Shown: positions 30,632 to 40,521 of the stretch, one piece after another | Numbering within the stretch: the first letter of the stretch is position 1 | Layout: each line of letters begins with the position of its first letter | Assembly: GCA_963740315.1 (NCBI GenBank) | Contig: CAVUDP010000001.1 | Span: 1,568,001 to 1,632,000, forward strand | Direction of reading: 5' to 3' | Length of the DNA: 64,000 nt | Origin: an uncultured cyanobacterium | Lineage (GTDB): Bacteria; Cyanobacteriota; Cyanobacteriia; Cyanobacteriales; Nostocaceae | The notes under the pieces: generated by a model | The model's input: the letters and a program-made list of their open reading frames with translations, nothing else | Told to the model about the DNA's origin: nothing | The model's database searches: none | Made by a program: the position numbers and the translations under genes

Positions 30632-31105
30632 ATGACTGCTGCACAATCTGAAGAATTATTAGTCAGTTGTAGGTTTTACTTTGAAGCAGACGGAGTTACG
30701 GACAAACAAATTTTAGAAGTAGGGGGTTTAAGTTCTGAAACTCCTGCTGCTGGAGGTGACAAAGTTTTGGGTTCTAGTAAAAATGCAGTCAACCTCCGTC
30801 AAGCTGCTCCCACTCGTGCCAAATTTACACCTGTTACCGTGAAAGTTGTGGCAACTACTAATAAAGACCTGTATAAATGGTACGAGGACTGTAACAAAAA
30901 CGACGGTGGTAAATCAAATTGGTCTAGCAGTCGTAAAGCTGCATCTGTAACAGTATACGACCAAGGTGGAGATATGAAAGCTCGTTGGGAAATGATAAAC
31001 GCTTATCCAACAAAGTATGAAGGACCGAAGTTAGAAGCAGGTTCTAATGAAGTTGCAAACGAGACTCTTACATTAGTTCACGAAGGTATCAAGCGAGTTC
31101 AATAG
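30632..31105 (+). CDS. Tail tube protein (T4 gp19-like)
   Basis: RFYFE.DG, LYKWY, RKAASVTVYDQ.G....RW....AYPTKY.GP.L, ETLTLVHEG; AAGGAG RBS. Confidence 0.93.
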   Translation: MTAAQSEELLVSCRFYFEADGVTDKQILEVGGLSSETPAAGGDKVLGSSKNAVNLRQAAPTRAKFTPVTVKVVATTNKDLYKWYEDCNKNDGGKSNWSSSRKAASVTVYDQGGDMKARWEMINAYPTKYEGPKLEAGSNEVANETLTLVHEGIKRVQ

Positions 31106-31106
31106 A

Positions 31107-31227
31107 CTCACATCTTGCACCATTCGCAATAAACGGAGGCAGAGCCTCCAGATCCTAGTTCCCAGGTTGAACCTGGGAACCAGTTCAAGAGTCTCCGGCT
31201 CTTGTTGAGAATGGTGCAAGATATCAG
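31107..31227. mobile_element. 121-bp MITE-like element
   Basis: 19-bp terminal inverted repeats (CTCACATCTTGCACCATTC / GAATGGTGCAAGATATCAG, 2 mismatches), TAGA duplicated on both flanks, two internal GC-rich palindromes. Confidence 0.8.
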
Positions 31228-31302
31228 TAGAGAGGCATAGAGGCATATATGGGGAAAATTAATTCCCCATTTCTAAATTTAGTCAATTTAATACAGGATA
31301 AA

Positions 31303-31794
31303 ATGTCAAATAAAATTAATAATTTTCCAGAAATACTCACAAACAGTAGGTTTTATATAGAACTAAGTTTAGATGGTAGTCAAGACCCAGTAGACGCATA
31401 TTTCACCGAATGCAAAGGATTTAAACATACTCAAGAAGTAATTGAAGTATGTGAAGTGACTCCCCAACGTTGGGGAAAAGCGAAATATGGTCAGGTTGTC
31501 CGCACAAAAGTTCCTGGAAATATCAAGACGAATAATATTACTTTGCGTCGGGGAATGACTAAATCTAAAACTATATGGAAGTGGTTTGATACCGTACAGA
31601 CTGGTAATTGGGGAGAAAAACGTCGAAATGGTTCTTTGAGTATTTACGACCAAGCAGGAAAAGTGCAGGCTATTTTTGAATTTTATAATGCATGGCCGAC
31701 TAATTATATTGCTTCTGATTTAGATGCAAATAGTACGGAATTAGCCATTGAAGAAATAGAAATTGCAGTAGAAGTATTTAGTCGTAAACAGTAG
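31303..31794 (+). CDS. Second tail tube-family protein
   Basis: SRFYIEL, F.ECKG, ITLRRGMT, WKWF, RRNGSLSIYDQAG, AWPT.Y, AIEEIEIA. ATG at 31303 preferred. Confidence 0.92.
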   Translation: MSNKINNFPEILTNSRFYIELSLDGSQDPVDAYFTECKGFKHTQEVIEVCEVTPQRWGKAKYGQVVRTKVPGNIKTNNITLRRGMTKSKTIWKWFDTVQTGNWGEKRRNGSLSIYDQAGKVQAIFEFYNAWPTNYIASDLDANSTELAIEEIEIAVEVFSRKQ

Positions 31795-31801
31795 GTTGAT
31801 T

Positions 31802-32143
31802 ATGTTACAAACAGATTTTGAATTTACCTTACCCAAAGGTTATTTAGATGGAGACGGTAACTTACATCGGATTGGTGTAATGCGTTTAGCAAAAGCAGCA
31901 GATGAGATTATTCCTTTACGGGACCCTCGTGTTAAGTCAAATCCAGCTTACGCTACGGTAATTATTCTTGCACGAGTGATTACAAAATTGGGAGCGTTAG
32001 AAGAAATAAATCCTGCTGTAATTGAGGGTATGTTTGCTTGTGATTTAAATTTTTTACATAAGTTTTATCGTCAAATTAACGAGTTAGAAGATGATTTAGA
32101 AGAAGATACAAATCAAGAAAAACCAGAATATGTAGAAGCTTGA
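31802..32143 (+). CDS. CIS tail assembly chaperone-like protein
   Basis: TDFEFTLPKGYLD..GNLHR.GVMRLA.AADEI.PLRDPRV..NPAY..VIILARVI. Confidence 0.85.
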   Translation: MLQTDFEFTLPKGYLDGDGNLHRIGVMRLAKAADEIIPLRDPRVKSNPAYATVIILARVITKLGALEEINPAVIEGMFACDLNFLHKFYRQINELEDDLEEDTNQEKPEYVEA

Positions 32144-32187
32144 TAAATTAAGCAGAGAAATTATATATTCAATTTGGGAAAATAAAG

Positions 32188-34599
32188 ATGAAACTCACAG
32201 ATTTATGGAATTCTTTTAGCCGTCATGGAAGGGAAATTAGTAACTGGCTAAATCATCCCTTAGACAATATAAAAAAAATTGGTGGACGTTTGATACAAAG
32301 AAATGTTGAAAAAATAGAAGTTCCTGTTGGAAATAATCATAGAAATTCAGATACATCAACAAAAATTAATTCAAACCAAACAGAAGAACATCAACATTTA
32401 ATAACTTCTGCAAGCGGTATAAAGTCAGAAATTATAAATAATCATAATGGTCATATAACGAACGGAGTTAATGGACATTCCCGCCAATTTTCAGATTTAT
32501 CTGTTGGAAATAGTTTTGTAGTTACAAAAAATAAAGAAGAAATACCCCTTTTAACTCCAAGTCAAAATATTCAAAGTTTTAAGGGTAGATATAGAATTGG
32601 AAAACCGATAGAACCGATAAAAGATAATACTATAATACGCGAATATGAAGGATATACTTTTCCTCATAATCAATTAGTTTTGGTAAAAGAATATTTGCTT
32701 TTAGAAAAAGATTTTGGTGATAGTGAAGCCGAAAATCGTCAAAGGGAATTGGTAAAAAGAGCAAATATAAAACTAAAATCTACTCAAATTAAAAATGGAA
32801 TTAGCGGACAGGATTTTCGGTTGATTACTCCATTAGATGCTTTTGCGGATGATAGACGTTGCTACATTATATTTGAGTCAAATCGAGACTATGAAACTCT
32901 CAAAGAGTATTTAGATGAAAATATCCGGATGAATTATGAAGAAGTACGTACACTTCTCAAACAAGTATTGCAAAGTTTATATTTCTTACATAACCAAAAT
33001 ATAATTTTAGGTAATAGCGAATCAATATCGGGATTAGCTCACGCAAATATTAGTGTTGATAGTTTGCTGTATGATACCAAACGTAATGAATTGTTTATTT
33101 ATTTATTTGATTTTGCTTTATGGCAAGATATTTTTAACCCCCAAAGTTTGAAAAATATTAATGAGTATTATAGTCATAATATGTTTCAGGAGGATTTAAA
33201 AGATTTAGGTTATGTAGCAATTAAATGTTTATTTTGGAATCACATCATAGAACACGATATTAATCTGGATGAACAAATAAATATTAAGTATTTACTGTCT
33301 ACTAGCGTTGACTTTAGACTAAACGAATTTATTGAAAACCTTATAGGGATTAATGGAGGATTTAAGAATACGAAAGAAGCATTTGAGGAGATATCGAAAT
33401 TACCATTTGAACCTCGACAACCGCAAGCAAGGTTAGTAGAACCCAATTCTAAAAGCGAAGAGAATAAAAAACCAGATTTTTCTAAGTTAAAGTTATTGTT
33501 TTTACTATTATTATCATTTGGCTTAATCGCATTAATAACATCACGGTTTTTAAATAATAGTGAAAATGATTCTTCAACAGTTAATACTTCCGAAAATGCT
33601 GCTTGTCCCAAAGACTCAAACTTTAAATGTTCTATCAAAGATGTTTTAGAACAAAAACCTTTTAATGCATCTATTATCGCTGACAACATGGTTTCTGACT
33701 GGATGCAAAAAGGAAAATTAGTATCTTATCAAAATAATTTCAAAAAAGAACTTGAAGATAAATATCAAGCTACTTTAAAAATTGAAAAAATGAATGAAAT
33801 AGAGAAACAATTAAAAAACGATGAAGGAATTGATTTTGCTATAGCAAATTTCTCTAATCAGTCTAATAAAAAATGTGAGAATGATAGATTATTAAGTAAT
33901 GGAAAAAAAAATGGTAATAATACAGACGAATCCAATGAATTCAAATGTAAAATAATTGCTTATGACGGGATTGTATTTTTTGTCCCCTTTAGCGATGCTA
34001 ATAGAGCAAATAGTATTCCAAAAGCATTGAACGGTCGTATTAATAAGGATGATTTAGCTAAATTATATCAACAACAAATAACAAATTGGAAAGATTGGAA
34101 AGAACTAGGTCTAAAAAATTCACTATCTGTCAAATTGTATAAATATGAAGAAGATTCTCTTGTAAAATCATTTATCCCAAAACTACTTGAAAGTAAAGCG
34201 ATAGAAGAAAGCAACAAAGAGAATTTTTATTCAATGCTTCAGAATATTCTTCAAGATTTTGAAAAAAATACAGACGGTGGTATTGGATTTGGACTTCTTA
34301 GTAAAGTTTACGGTCAATGTTCGGTATATCCATTAGCTATAGAAGGAGTACAACCTTTAATCCAAAACGATGGTACTCCCATAAACCCATATATAGACTT
34401 GTGTAACGACAAAGGAAGTTATCGTCTCAATACCGATGCTTTTAAGTCAGGAAATTATCCTTTAAGATTTGCAATTGCAGTTATTTATCGCACTAATAAT
34501 AAAACAAAAGGTGAAAAATTTGCCAATTTAATGTTATCTGATGAAGGACAATCCTTACTACAGGAAATCGGATTAGTACCAGCGAGAAATATTTATTAA
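32188..34599 (+). CDS. Ser/Thr kinase-like (probably pseudokinase) + TM + PstS-like substrate-binding domain
   Basis: VLVKEY, L.QVLQSL.FLH, AHANISVDSLL in place of HRD, DFA in place of DFG; TM; IAYDGIVFFV...ITNWK and YPL...IAVIY...FANLMLSDEGQ. Confidence 0.78.
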   Translation: MKLTDLWNSFSRHGREISNWLNHPLDNIKKIGGRLIQRNVEKIEVPVGNNHRNSDTSTKINSNQTEEHQHLITSASGIKSEIINNHNGHITNGVNGHSRQFSDLSVGNSFVVTKNKEEIPLLTPSQNIQSFKGRYRIGKPIEPIKDNTIIREYEGYTFPHNQLVLVKEYLLLEKDFGDSEAENRQRELVKRANIKLKSTQIKNGISGQDFRLITPLDAFADDRRCYIIFESNRDYETLKEYLDENIRMNYEEVRTLLKQVLQSLYFLHNQNIILGNSESISGLAHANISVDSLLYDTKRNELFIYLFDFALWQDIFNPQSLKNINEYYSHNMFQEDLKDLGYVAIKCLFWNHIIEHDINLDEQINIKYLLSTSVDFRLNEFIENLIGINGGFKNTKEAFEEISKLPFEPRQPQARLVEPNSKSEENKKPDFSKLKLLFLLLLSFGLIALITSRFLNNSENDSSTVNTSENAACPKDSNFKCSIKDVLEQKPFNASIIADNMVSDWMQKGKLVSYQNNFKKELEDKYQATLKIEKMNEIEKQLKNDEGIDFAIANFSNQSNKKCENDRLLSNGKKNGNNTDESNEFKCKIIAYDGIVFFVPFSDANRANSIPKALNGRINKDDLAKLYQQQITNWKDWKELGLKNSLSVKLYKYEEDSLVKSFIPKLLESKAIEESNKENFYSMLQNILQDFEKNTDGGIGFGLLSKVYGQCSVYPLAIEGVQPLIQNDGTPINPYIDLCNDKGSYRLNTDAFKSGNYPLRFAIAVIYRTNNKTKGEKFANLMLSDEGQSLLQEIGLVPARNIY

Positions 34600-34642
34600 A
34601 AATAAATTAAATTAAAAATCAACTAAAAATAAACTTGAAAAT

Positions 34643-34789
34643 ATGACTGAAAAACCTCAAATAAATCAAATAGCACAAAAGGTATTATCCGATGATATAT
34701 TGCTGCAAAAACTGAGTGACAAAGTATACAAGCTGATGCTAGAAGAAATTCAAAACGAACGCGATCGCAATCCCAACTACAGGAGATAA
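34643..34789 (+). CDS. 48-aa CIS-associated helical protein (below ORF-track cutoff)
   Basis: MTEKPQINQIAQKVLSDDILLQKLSDKVYKLMLEEIQNERDRNPNYRR; fills the gap exactly and shares an L...VY.L......ER motif with the 35349 protein. Confidence 0.7.
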   Translation: MTEKPQINQIAQKVLSDDILLQKLSDKVYKLMLEEIQNERDRNPNYRR

Positions 34790-34793
34790 ATCA

Positions 34794-35324
34794 ATGACTA
34801 ACAATGGAAAATCAAGCGGTGAGTTGAATTATGTCACAGCTAATCGCTTTTATGTAGAAATGGAAAACAGTATCACAGCTTCTTTCAGCGAGTGTTCGGG
34901 ATTAGGAGTGACAATTAATAAAAAACGCTATCGAGAAGGAGGAGTAAATGACCAACAAAGAATAATATTAGGTGAAGCGCAGTTTTCAGATATTATTTTA
35001 AAGCGTGGGATTACTGATGATTTAACCTTTTGGGATTGGGTTAGCAGTGTAGTTGGAGATTACAGACAACCATCTCTTCCTATAGAACGTCGCAACATTA
35101 ATATATTACTTTTCAATCAAGCAGGGGAAACTATGCAGTATTGGACATTAATTGCTGCTGTTCCGGTAGGTTGGAAAGCACCAGCATTACAAGCAGATTC
35201 AAATTCAGTAGCGATTGAAGAATTAACTTTAGCTTATGAAGGATTGAAAATAGAAAAACCCGGAGGTGGAAAAGTTGTCACATCGTTCAAATCTGGAAGA
35301 GGTAAATCGGGTTACTTTGGATAA
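34794..35324 (+). CDS. Third tube-family protein (Afp5-like)
   Basis: NRFYVE, FSECSGL, EGGVND, IILKRGIT, FWDW, RRNINILLFNQAGE, VAIEELTLAYEG. Confidence 0.92.
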   Translation: MTNNGKSSGELNYVTANRFYVEMENSITASFSECSGLGVTINKKRYREGGVNDQQRIILGEAQFSDIILKRGITDDLTFWDWVSSVVGDYRQPSLPIERRNINILLFNQAGETMQYWTLIAAVPVGWKAPALQADSNSVAIEELTLAYEGLKIEKPGGGKVVTSFKSGRGKSGYFG

Positions 35325-35348
35325 TTTCGGATATTTCAGATAATTATT

Positions 35349-38051
35349 ATGTCTTTAACAAATTGTATTCAAAGAAAACCCTTACTTCCACCATCACCGT
35401 TGGGTTTTCAAATGAAACCCTTATATTCTTTACCTCCTTTAGGTCGATTTGTAGAACCTTTAGGACAAAATTCAAATGCAGATGAATTGATATTTCCATC
35501 CATTCAACTTTCAGAAATTAGTATTGCTTCTGATGAAAATATAGCTAGTTTATCAAAGTCTTCAGAATCAACAAGTGATATTCAATTACAAGCAAATCAA
35601 ATTGATTCAAATTCAAATTCAAATTCAAATAATCAATCTATCAGTAATAGAGAATTTCTTTCATCGGATAATATTTCTCAAGCTAACGATGAAATTACAG
35701 TAGCACCCAAAGTTGATGCAGAAGAGAAACAATTACCCGAACCATTAGAATCTTTAAAACCTCTAGCTCAAAACTCAGATTTTTACATCTCTAGATTTGT
35801 CGCTGATTATTTATCGAATAAACCCGGTGTTTATAGCACTGCTTTATCTCGAAGTCAAAATCCAATTGAAGATAATCAAAATATAGAAAATATTGCTTCT
35901 ACGGTAACATCGGAAAAAAATTATCAAATCGAACCTGCACAACAACTTAATAAATTACAAACACGTTTAGAAACAGAAAATTTTGATTTAAATAATGAAT
36001 TATTATCGGAAAGTCTTTCAAACTCAGATTTAACAAATATTGAAAAGCAAACAGAAGTATTAGCAAAAGATAATCAGGTTAACTCCGAATTTACCCCAAC
36101 ATCTGAAAGTAATTTCCAAAGCGACAATCAAGACATAACGATAGTAAATACTAACAAAGGTTTATCAAAATCACCTCAACTAGATACTCCAGATTTTAAT
36201 ATTTCATCACAAATAAATCAGTCAGAAGCAGGTAATATAAATAAAACTCCTACTGATTTAAATCAAACACAGTTAAATTCACCAGCTTTACCCAAATCAA
36301 ATTCAGCAGTACCAAATTTACCGGATAATATTGATGGAATAGAATTAATAAATCAAAACATTATTAACAGTAAACAAAAATTAGAAACTGCTCAAATACA
36401 AACTTCAGCAACAGAAGATAAACTCAAACCACAATTAGAACCATCGTTAAAAACTTCTTCGGAAGCTACCCCAGAACTTAATCCATCAAACAATAAAATA
36501 GAAGAGCAAGATGTAGTTGAATCTACACCAACTTACGACAATAAATTACAAACGAATATTGAAAATGATTCTAATAATAACTCTGAAAATATTTCTGAGA
36601 ATAAACATCAACCTTCAAATTCTCCTCAAAATCCAGAAATCCAAGACAGTGACTCCGAATTAATTCAGTCACAATTAGAAACTGCTCAAATACAGACTTC
36701 AGCAACAGAAGATAAACTCGAACCACAATTAGAACCATCATTCAAAACTTCTTCGGAAGCTACCCCAGAACTTAATCCATTAACAAATCAAACAGAAAAA
36801 CAAGATGTAGTTGAATCTACACCGATTACTGAAAATAATTCTAAAAATAACTCAGAAAATATTTCTGAGAATAAACATCAACCTTCAAAAACTTCTTCTG
36901 ATATACCTCAAACCGTTCAGACAAATAGTGAGAACCTAACAAACAAACCAGAAAAATCAAATTACTCACAGCTTTCACCTTTAATTCAACAGTCAGATTT
37001 ACAGCTTTCTAAGTTTGTTAATGACTTTTCAAATCTATCAGCTACTTATTCTCAGAATAGTTTACAAGCATTTACTCAGTCTTCCCAGCAGCATGAATTA
37101 TATAATTCTGAAAATAATCCTCGGTTTTTACAACAATCACCTGAAATATCATCTCGAATCTCAAATAATGCTCCTGAAAGTAAATTCAATCAAAATCAAA
37201 ATCTGAATCCAAACACTATCGATTTAGATAAATCCATAAATACAACTAATGAAAGAGACTTACCTGTAAATAATGATTTTTCTAATAATGAAACGAGTAA
37301 CAATGACACTAATTTAATTCATACAAAATCTGAAAATAATTATAGTAAAGCTAATAATGATGTGATTCCCGATTCATGGTCTAATATATCAGAATTAATT
37401 GAGAATACATCACCAGATAAATTACAGCAATCTCCCAACATTTCTGAGATAAATAATCAGCATTATGATGACACCCAATTTACAAATGCATCATCTCCAA
37501 ATCAAGTTAATTCACATAATAATCAATATATAAGTCAGCCAAAAGCAGCAGATTCACAACTTAATGAATCGGAAACAAATCATATATCCAATCATCAGAT
37601 TAATGATACTTGGTCAAACGTTTCTGAATTAATAGCGAAAAATTACCAACAACCGTCTGAAATACTAAAAAAGACAACCGATGAATTAACTTCTCTATAC
37701 TCAAATATCAATCAAGAAGAATTAACATCATCTCATAATATTACCTCACAATCCGAAAATTCACCCGATACCAAACACAAATCAATCAATGATGAAGAAT
37801 TAAATATTTTAGCTTATCAAATCTATACTATTATTCGCCAGAAATTAGAAGTTGATAGAGAATGTCTCGGTAGAGAATTATTCGGATATTCAGAATGGTC
37901 AAATATTATTCCCTTGAATTTGAGTATAGGAAGTTATCACAAAATAAATCAAGTTGATTTTCTCCAACCAAAAATGAATATGTTAGCAATAGAAGTATAT
38001 AAACTGATTTCTATCCGCTTAGAAGTAGAAAAAGAAAGATGTATTAGATAA
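35349..38051 (+). CDS. Long low-complexity Ser/Asn/Gln-rich protein, candidate tape measure
   Basis: 900 aa, compositionally disordered, with an internal duplication; lies between the Afp5-like and Afp7-like genes; C-terminal LA.E/QIY....RLE...ER helices. Confidence 0.55.
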   Translation: MSLTNCIQRKPLLPPSPLGFQMKPLYSLPPLGRFVEPLGQNSNADELIFPSIQLSEISIASDENIASLSKSSESTSDIQLQANQIDSNSNSNSNNQSISNREFLSSDNISQANDEITVAPKVDAEEKQLPEPLESLKPLAQNSDFYISRFVADYLSNKPGVYSTALSRSQNPIEDNQNIENIASTVTSEKNYQIEPAQQLNKLQTRLETENFDLNNELLSESLSNSDLTNIEKQTEVLAKDNQVNSEFTPTSESNFQSDNQDITIVNTNKGLSKSPQLDTPDFNISSQINQSEAGNINKTPTDLNQTQLNSPALPKSNSAVPNLPDNIDGIELINQNIINSKQKLETAQIQTSATEDKLKPQLEPSLKTSSEATPELNPSNNKIEEQDVVESTPTYDNKLQTNIENDSNNNSENISENKHQPSNSPQNPEIQDSDSELIQSQLETAQIQTSATEDKLEPQLEPSFKTSSEATPELNPLTNQTEKQDVVESTPITENNSKNNSENISENKHQPSKTSSDIPQTVQTNSENLTNKPEKSNYSQLSPLIQQSDLQLSKFVNDFSNLSATYSQNSLQAFTQSSQQHELYNSENNPRFLQQSPEISSRISNNAPESKFNQNQNLNPNTIDLDKSINTTNERDLPVNNDFSNNETSNNDTNLIHTKSENNYSKANNDVIPDSWSNISELIENTSPDKLQQSPNISEINNQHYDDTQFTNASSPNQVNSHNNQYISQPKAADSQLNESETNHISNHQINDTWSNVSELIAKNYQQPSEILKKTTDELTSLYSNINQEELTSSHNITSQSENSPDTKHKSINDEELNILAYQIYTIIRQKLEVDRECLGRELFGYSEWSNIIPLNLSIGSYHKINQVDFLQPKMNMLAIEVYKLISIRLEVEKERCIR
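36379..36889 (+). repeat. Intragenic direct repeat (about 240 and 215 bp copies)
   Basis: LETAQIQTSATEDKL.PQLEPS.KTSSEATPELNP...QDVVESTP...NNSENISENKHQPS occurs twice, starting near 36379 and 36673. Confidence 0.9.
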
Positions 38052-38061
38052 GGAGCTAAAA

Positions 38062-38592
38062 ATGTCATTAGAAAAAGCCAAACTTGAAGCTATAAGTGGT
38101 CAAGAACACATCGAATTCATGTTTAATCCCGGTGAAATATCTTTTGACGGAAATGTTAATACCTCAGAAAGTCCAGGTGCTAGAAATAAAACAACAGGTA
38201 AACCAAAGGTTAGCTATGCTAATAAACAAGCTAATAAAATAACTCTAAACAATATATTATTTGATACTTATGAAACTAAAAAAGATGTTGTTAAACAATA
38301 TATTGAAAAATTTCAAAGAGCAATAGATTTTCATCAAAAAGATGAAAAACCGCCGACTTTCAAATTTATTTGGGGTGGTAGAGTTTACCTAGATTTTTGT
38401 TTTATTGAAAAGCTCAGTTATAAATTAACCTTCTTTCTTGCAGATGGTACCCCTGTACGTGCTGAAATTGATAGCTTAAGTTTAATAGAAGCTGACGATC
38501 CAAAAGATAGTCAATCTAATAAAAGTCCGCAACCAACTGAAAAACAACGTCGTACAGATTCCTTACAAAATCGTCGAAAGAAAAGAAAATGA
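38062..38592 (+). CDS. CIS tube initiator (Afp7-like, no LysM evident)
   Basis: LEKAKL, FMFNP.EI, LFDTYE, PPTFKFIWG, F..DGTPVRA. Confidence 0.88.
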   Translation: MSLEKAKLEAISGQEHIEFMFNPGEISFDGNVNTSESPGARNKTTGKPKVSYANKQANKITLNNILFDTYETKKDVVKQYIEKFQRAIDFHQKDEKPPTFKFIWGGRVYLDFCFIEKLSYKLTFFLADGTPVRAEIDSLSLIEADDPKDSQSNKSPQPTEKQRRTDSLQNRRKKRK

Positions 38593-38625
38593 ACACAGTG
38601 AACAATTAACAACTAACAAGATTCT

Positions 38626-40350
38626 ATGAACGAAGTTCTTTATCGCTCGTTACCAAAAGTATATATTGACGGTGAACCAGCAGAAAGTAAATTTATGGAT
38701 GATATTATCCAAATCTCTGTAGAAGAAAGTCTTCATCAACCTGGAATGTTTGTTCTAGTAATGCATAATGACTATCATCCAGGTAGCAATAAAGATAATC
38801 GCTGGAGATACAAGAATTTATTACAAATAGGTAAATCAATAGAAATTGGATTTACTCATAGTTTAAGAAGTAATGATGATGCAGAAGATAAAGATAAACA
38901 AGATACTTTAATTCAAGGTGAAATTACTGCGATTGAAACTTCTTTTAATGAAAAATCTCAAGCTCCAGTAATAGTTAGAGGTTATGACGTTTCTCACCGC
39001 TTGTATCGAGGACATTATAATCGTTCTTTTCAAAATATGACTGATAGCGATATCGTAGAAAAAATAGCCAAAGAAGTAGGAATTTCCACCGGCAAAATTG
39101 AAGATACTAAAATACCCCATGAATATGTATTCCAATCCAATCAAAATAATATGGAATTCCTCAGAGAACGTGCAACACGTCAGGGGTTTGAATTATATAT
39201 TCAAGATGGCAAAATTTACTTTCGTAAACCTAAATCCGACACAGATTTAAAGTTAAAATGGCTCGAAGAAATCCATAGTTTTCGAGTTAGAGTAACCAGC
39301 GCAGAACAAGTAAAAGAAGTTGAAGTTAGGGGATGGGATTACAGCAATAAAAGACCGATTGTTGCAACTAAAAAGGAACCAGAATTAATTACTAAAACAA
39401 AGAATGGCACGGGTAGCAAAACCAACGATAATTTTAATAAACTACCTACACCCAAAATGGTAGTTGTAGACAAACCCGTGTTTAACCCCAAAGAAGCAGA
39501 TGTTATTGCTCAAGCATTATGTAATGAGTTAGGGGGACAATTTGTTTACGCTGATGCAAAAGCTGAAGGGAATACCGAGATTAGAGCGGGACGTGTGGTT
39601 GAGTTAGAAGAAATAGGACAGCACGATGGAAAATACTACATCACCGAAACCCGTCATCTCTATCAAGAAAGAGTTTACACTACAGAATTCAGCGTCAGAG
39701 GTTTGCGTGGAGGAGATTTATTAAATATCCTATCTCCCCAAACCCATCTCAAACCCGGACAAACATCCTTGGTGGGTATTGTCACAGATAACGAAGACCC
39801 GGAAGGATGGGGAAGAGTCAAAGTAAAATTTCCTACACTCACCGAAGAACACGCTAGTCAATGGGCTAGGGTAGTCAGTATGGGCGCTGGTAACAAACGC
39901 GGCTTTGATTGTTTACCGGAAATTAATGATGAAGTATTAGTATTATTTGAACATGGTGATATTCATCGTCCTTACGTAATTGGTGGAGTTTGGAACGGAG
40001 AAGATTCCCCTCCCGAATCTATAATGAATAGCGTTAAAGATGGTCTAGTACGTTTAAGAAGCTTTAACACTCGTACCGGACATCAATTGCAGTTTGTAGA
40101 AGAAGACAAAGAAAACAGTAAAACTGGAATTTGTATTACAACAAACGGCGGACATAAAATTCAACTGAATGATAGCGAAAAATTTATAGAAATAAAGACA
40201 TCAAAAGGTCATAAATTAAAAATGAGCGATAAAGATAGCAGTATAAATTTAAGCTCTATAGGAAATTTAAAAATTGAAGCAAAAGGTAATATTGATATTA
40301 ATGCTACAGGTGTAATTACAGTTCAAGGCAGTCTAATTAAACTGAATTAA
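38626..40350 (+). CDS. vgrG: VgrG/Afp8-like central spike
   Basis: gp27-like hub (RGYDVSHRL.RG...RSFQNMTDSDI, Q.NQNNMEFLRERA) and gp5 OB fold (GIVTDNEDPEGWGRVKVKFP, LPEINDEVLV.FEHGD). Confidence 0.95.
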   Translation: MNEVLYRSLPKVYIDGEPAESKFMDDIIQISVEESLHQPGMFVLVMHNDYHPGSNKDNRWRYKNLLQIGKSIEIGFTHSLRSNDDAEDKDKQDTLIQGEITAIETSFNEKSQAPVIVRGYDVSHRLYRGHYNRSFQNMTDSDIVEKIAKEVGISTGKIEDTKIPHEYVFQSNQNNMEFLRERATRQGFELYIQDGKIYFRKPKSDTDLKLKWLEEIHSFRVRVTSAEQVKEVEVRGWDYSNKRPIVATKKEPELITKTKNGTGSKTNDNFNKLPTPKMVVVDKPVFNPKEADVIAQALCNELGGQFVYADAKAEGNTEIRAGRVVELEEIGQHDGKYYITETRHLYQERVYTTEFSVRGLRGGDLLNILSPQTHLKPGQTSLVGIVTDNEDPEGWGRVKVKFPTLTEEHASQWARVVSMGAGNKRGFDCLPEINDEVLVLFEHGDIHRPYVIGGVWNGEDSPPESIMNSVKDGLVRLRSFNTRTGHQLQFVEEDKENSKTGICITTNGGHKIQLNDSEKFIEIKTSKGHKLKMSDKDSSINLSSIGNLKIEAKGNIDINATGVITVQGSLIKLN

Positions 40351-40472
40351 TAAGACTTATAAGGATTTGAACGTAGGGTGCTGTGACGCGGCGAAAAACT
40401 TTGAACGTAGCAATAAATCTTACTTAAGCGCGTCACGCACCAACCAGTAATTGCGATTATCATAAGTCCTAA
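40351..40472. repeat. Intergenic REP/MITE-like palindromic element
   Basis: Outer TAAGACTTAT / ATAAGTCCTA and inner GGTGCTGTGACGCG / CGCGTCACGCACC inverted arms. Confidence 0.55.
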
Positions 40473-40521
40473 TTAATACAAAACAAATTCAATTAATCAA
40501 ATCATCTAAGTATCTAAAATT

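Noticed and set aside
32090..32190. Phage G/GT-style programmed frameshift after the tail chaperone
   Set aside because: No convincing slippery site with an extended alternative frame; the next gene starts 44 bp later.
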